Of a stretch of DNA of 24,000 nt, positions 22,134-24,000 are shown in pieces (the stretch's first letter is position 1; each line of letters begins with the position of its first letter). The stretch is from contig WAQG01000021.1 of assembly GCA_015520395.1 (NCBI GenBank), positions 16,637 through 40,636 on the forward strand, read 5' to 3'. A program made the translations under genes and the position numbers. Under the pieces are notes generated by a model. It saw only the letters and a program-made list of their open reading frames with translations, searched no databases and had not been told where the DNA came from. The DNA comes from Candidatus Geoarchaeota archaeon (lineage in GTDB: Archaea; Thermoproteota; Thermoprotei; Gearchaeales; WAQG01).

Positions 22134-23114
22134 GTGGTGAAGAAGCCTGTGATACCACCACAGGTGCCATATGTTAAGAGCCAGATGGATAAGAGGGGGA
22201 ATCCCCTGGGCGCCAGCCCTAAGGAGCTGAGCAGCTGGGCTGAGGGCCTCGATATACCCAGGAGGGGGGAGACGATACTCCACGTGGGCTGCATGTACCC
22301 TATACTCGGAAGGATGGAGGCTCTCTTAGACACGGTGATAAAGCTGGGTGCTGAGAGGGTCACCAAGCTTGGAACGGCGCTGGGCAGGCTTGGCTTCGAC
22401 CGGGTGCTCATGAAGTTCCTGCCTGCGGGGGAGAAGAGTGGGGAGAGGGTGAGGAGGATAGCGGTTGCCCTGAAGTCCCTTGGAATAAACTTCGCATACC
22501 TGGGGCCCGAGGAGCCGTGCTGCGGCGAGGTTCTCTACAACCTGGGTTACCACGACGCTTTCGTCAAGCACGCCAACAGGGTTGCGGAGAAGCTGAGGGA
22601 GCTTGGGGTTAAGAGGATGATAGTCCTCGCCCCCTTCTGCGCCTACGCCCTTAAGAAGGTGTACCCAAAGGTTGTCGACGGCTGGGATATAGAGGTTAAG
22701 ACGCTGGCTGAGGTCTTGGCAGAGGCCCTGAGGGAGAGGGGGCTGAGGCTTGGGAGGAAGCTGAGGGTTACCTACCACGACCCCTGCTACTACGCCAGGT
22801 TCCTGGGCATAGTGGACGAGCCCAGGGAGGCGCTCTACAGGATTAGGGGGGTTGAGCTCATCGAGCCCCGTCACACAGGGCTGAACACGAAGTGTGTTGG
22901 TGATGGCGGTATAGAGCTGACCTACCCTGAGCTGGCCGATGAGGTGGCGGTGATGAGGGTTAGGGAGCTGATAGAGACGGGGGCCAGGGTCATAGTGACG
23001 CAGTGTCCAGCCTGCATACTGATGATTAAGAGGGGCCTTAAGAAGCTGGGTAGGATGGATGTGGAGATCACCGACCTGGGAGAGCTGGTCTACAGGGCCG
23101 TCACTCAAATGTAG
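22134..23114 (+). CDS. CCG-domain (cysteine-rich, HdrB/GlcF C-terminal-type) Fe-S protein corresponding to the C-terminal module of GlcF
   Basis: 326 aa with two cysteine-rich CCG-type repeats: GCMYP...EEPCCGEVL...PFCAYAL and HDPCYYARF...KCVGDGG...TQCPACILM. The GTG start comes 2 nt after the upstream stop, in a different frame. GGTGA at 22122-22126 is 7 nt upstream. Confidence 0.8.
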   Translation: MVKKPVIPPQVPYVKSQMDKRGNPLGASPKELSSWAEGLDIPRRGETILHVGCMYPILGRMEALLDTVIKLGAERVTKLGTALGRLGFDRVLMKFLPAGEKSGERVRRIAVALKSLGINFAYLGPEEPCCGEVLYNLGYHDAFVKHANRVAEKLRELGVKRMIVLAPFCAYALKKVYPKVVDGWDIEVKTLAEVLAEALRERGLRLGRKLRVTYHDPCYYARFLGIVDEPREALYRIRGVELIEPRHTGLNTKCVGDGGIELTYPELADEVAVMRVRELIETGARVIVTQCPACILMIKRGLKKLGRMDVEITDLGELVYRAVTQM

Positions 23115-23127
23115 GTGGGGGTCGGGC

Positions 23128-24000
23128 TTGGACGCCCAGGATGTGCCCCCTGAGATCCCGCTAAAAATAGATAGGGTTGGGGTAAAGGAGGTCAGCAGGA
23201 GGATACTTATAGCGAGCCCCGAGGGGCCACTCAGCTACGACGTGGTTCTGGACGCCTACATAGACCTGCCCCACAACATGAGGGGCATACACATGTCGAG
23301 AAACATAGAAGCGTTCATAGAGGCTATTGAGGAGGCCCGGAAGGGGGAGGCTGCCAGCCTGGAGGAGTTCCTCGAGGTCATCTCCCATAAGCTTCTAGAG
23401 AAACACGGCTATGCAACGAGGGCTGAGGTGAGGCTTCAGACAAAGTACTACTACATGGAGGACTTCATAAACCCTCCCGTCCCCGAGGCAGCCGACGTCG
23501 CGATAACGGTTCTTATGGACAGATCCGGGCGCAGCCGCAGAAGCGTCGCGGTATCGCTTATAGGCGTGACGGCCTGTCCAAGCGCCCAGATAACCTTCAG
23601 CGAACGTGAAGGCATACCTCCGGAGAAGTCTCCAACCCATCTCCAAAGGGCCAGGCTGACGATATGCGTGAAAACGACGGGCAAGAGGATCGCCAGGATA
23701 GAGTGGCTTGTGGAGGCGGCTAGGGACTCATTTTCAGCCCCTGTTGTTAGCTTCTTGAAAAAGCCCGACGAGCATAGGCTTTTGAAAAAAGCCCTGAGAA
23801 GGCCGAGGTTCGTTGAAGACGTAGTAAGGTACGCTCTGGACAAGACATTCAAAACACTAGTAAAAATGGGCTTCCCTGAGGAAACCCTTATAAGGGTGGA
23901 GGTCGAAAGCCTGGAAAGTATCCACCCACATAACGCCTATGCGTCAAGAGAGGCCACAATAGGGGAGCTCAGAGAGGAAACAAGCCTCCAGAACTTTTAA
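23128..24000 (+). CDS. mptA: GTP cyclohydrolase, FolE2/MptA family (archaeal type IV/IB)
   Basis: AQDVPPEIPLKIDRVGVKEVSRRILI...LDAYIDLPHNMRGIHMSRNIEAF matches the recalled FolE2/MptA pattern (vQ....p.....I.rVGv..l..p......v.L....kGtHMSRf.e). The stop TAA is the last three bases of the window. I prefer TTG 23128, just after the upstream stop with AGGTGG at 23113-23118. The track's ATG 23059 would overlap the preceding gene by 56 nt and add a Trp/Ser-rich extension. GTG 23143 is also possible. Confidence 0.75.
   Translation: MDAQDVPPEIPLKIDRVGVKEVSRRILIASPEGPLSYDVVLDAYIDLPHNMRGIHMSRNIEAFIEAIEEARKGEAASLEEFLEVISHKLLEKHGYATRAEVRLQTKYYYMEDFINPPVPEAADVAITVLMDRSGRSRRSVAVSLIGVTACPSAQITFSEREGIPPEKSPTHLQRARLTICVKTTGKRIARIEWLVEAARDSFSAPVVSFLKKPDEHRLLKKALRRPRFVEDVVRYALDKTFKTLVKMGFPEETLIRVEVESLESIHPHNAYASREATIGELREETSLQNF

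Noticed and set aside
20838-23108. Long minus-strand ORFs of 247 aa (20838-21581), 174 aa (21585-22109) and 260 aa (22326-23108), opposite glcD and the glcF modules
   Set aside because: All are antisense to ORFs with strong family motifs. Their translations are Pro/Leu/His/Gln/Gly-rich with no motifs. They are shadow ORFs caused by the lack of stop codons opposite GC-rich codons.
23059-23127. ATG 23059 as the start of the GTP cyclohydrolase gene
   Set aside because: It would overlap the preceding CCG-domain gene by 56 nt and add a Trp/Ser-rich peptide (MWRSPTWESWSTGPSLKCRWGSG) unlike FolE2/MptA N-termini. TTG 23128 follows the upstream stop and an AGGTGG site. This is a judgement call.
1-24000. 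CRISPR arrays, tandem repeats and IS elements
   Set aside because: Reading through all intergenic regions, none longer than about 320 nt, showed no periodic repeat-spacer structure. I noticed no long direct or terminal inverted repeats. An exhaustive repeat search needs a program.

Overview
This 24-kb segment reads as chromosome from a hyperthermophilic crenarchaeon (Thermoproteota). The evidence is a reverse gyrase gene, heavy AGG/AGA (Arg) and ATA (Ile) codon use, TATA-like boxes about 25-30 nt upstream of several first genes, and GGTG(A) Shine-Dalgarno-like sites 6-7 nt upstream of many other starts, including GTG and TTG starts. I can support 20 protein-coding genes plus one doubtful mini-ORF. 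I found no rRNA, tRNA, CRISPR array, transposase or integrase. Gene order: ppdK (5' end cut by the window), mini Zn-ribbon ORF, glmS, glmU-like, mdh | PAC2-family (-) | queT-like | SRPBCC-domain hypothetical (-), reverse gyrase (-), retropepsin-like protein (-), possible mini-ORF (-), wHTH (-), 4-TM membrane protein (-) | NurA-like nuclease, HerA-like ATPase, tandem GNAT | class-I pyridine-nucleotide-disulfide oxidoreductase | glcD, glcF split into two ORFs, MptA/FolE2-type GTP cyclohydrolase. Most of this is housekeeping. The best candidate for an undescribed system is the block at about 13.2-18.8 kb. It holds an unusually large NurA-like nuclease whose 3' end overlaps the start of a HerA/FtsK-class ATPase, with no mre11/rad50 in the window. 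A two-domain GNAT follows it. A membrane-protein/wHTH operon is transcribed divergently from it, and the shared intergenic region contains a perfect palindrome. All functional calls come from motif recognition by eye; no database search or structure prediction was possible.
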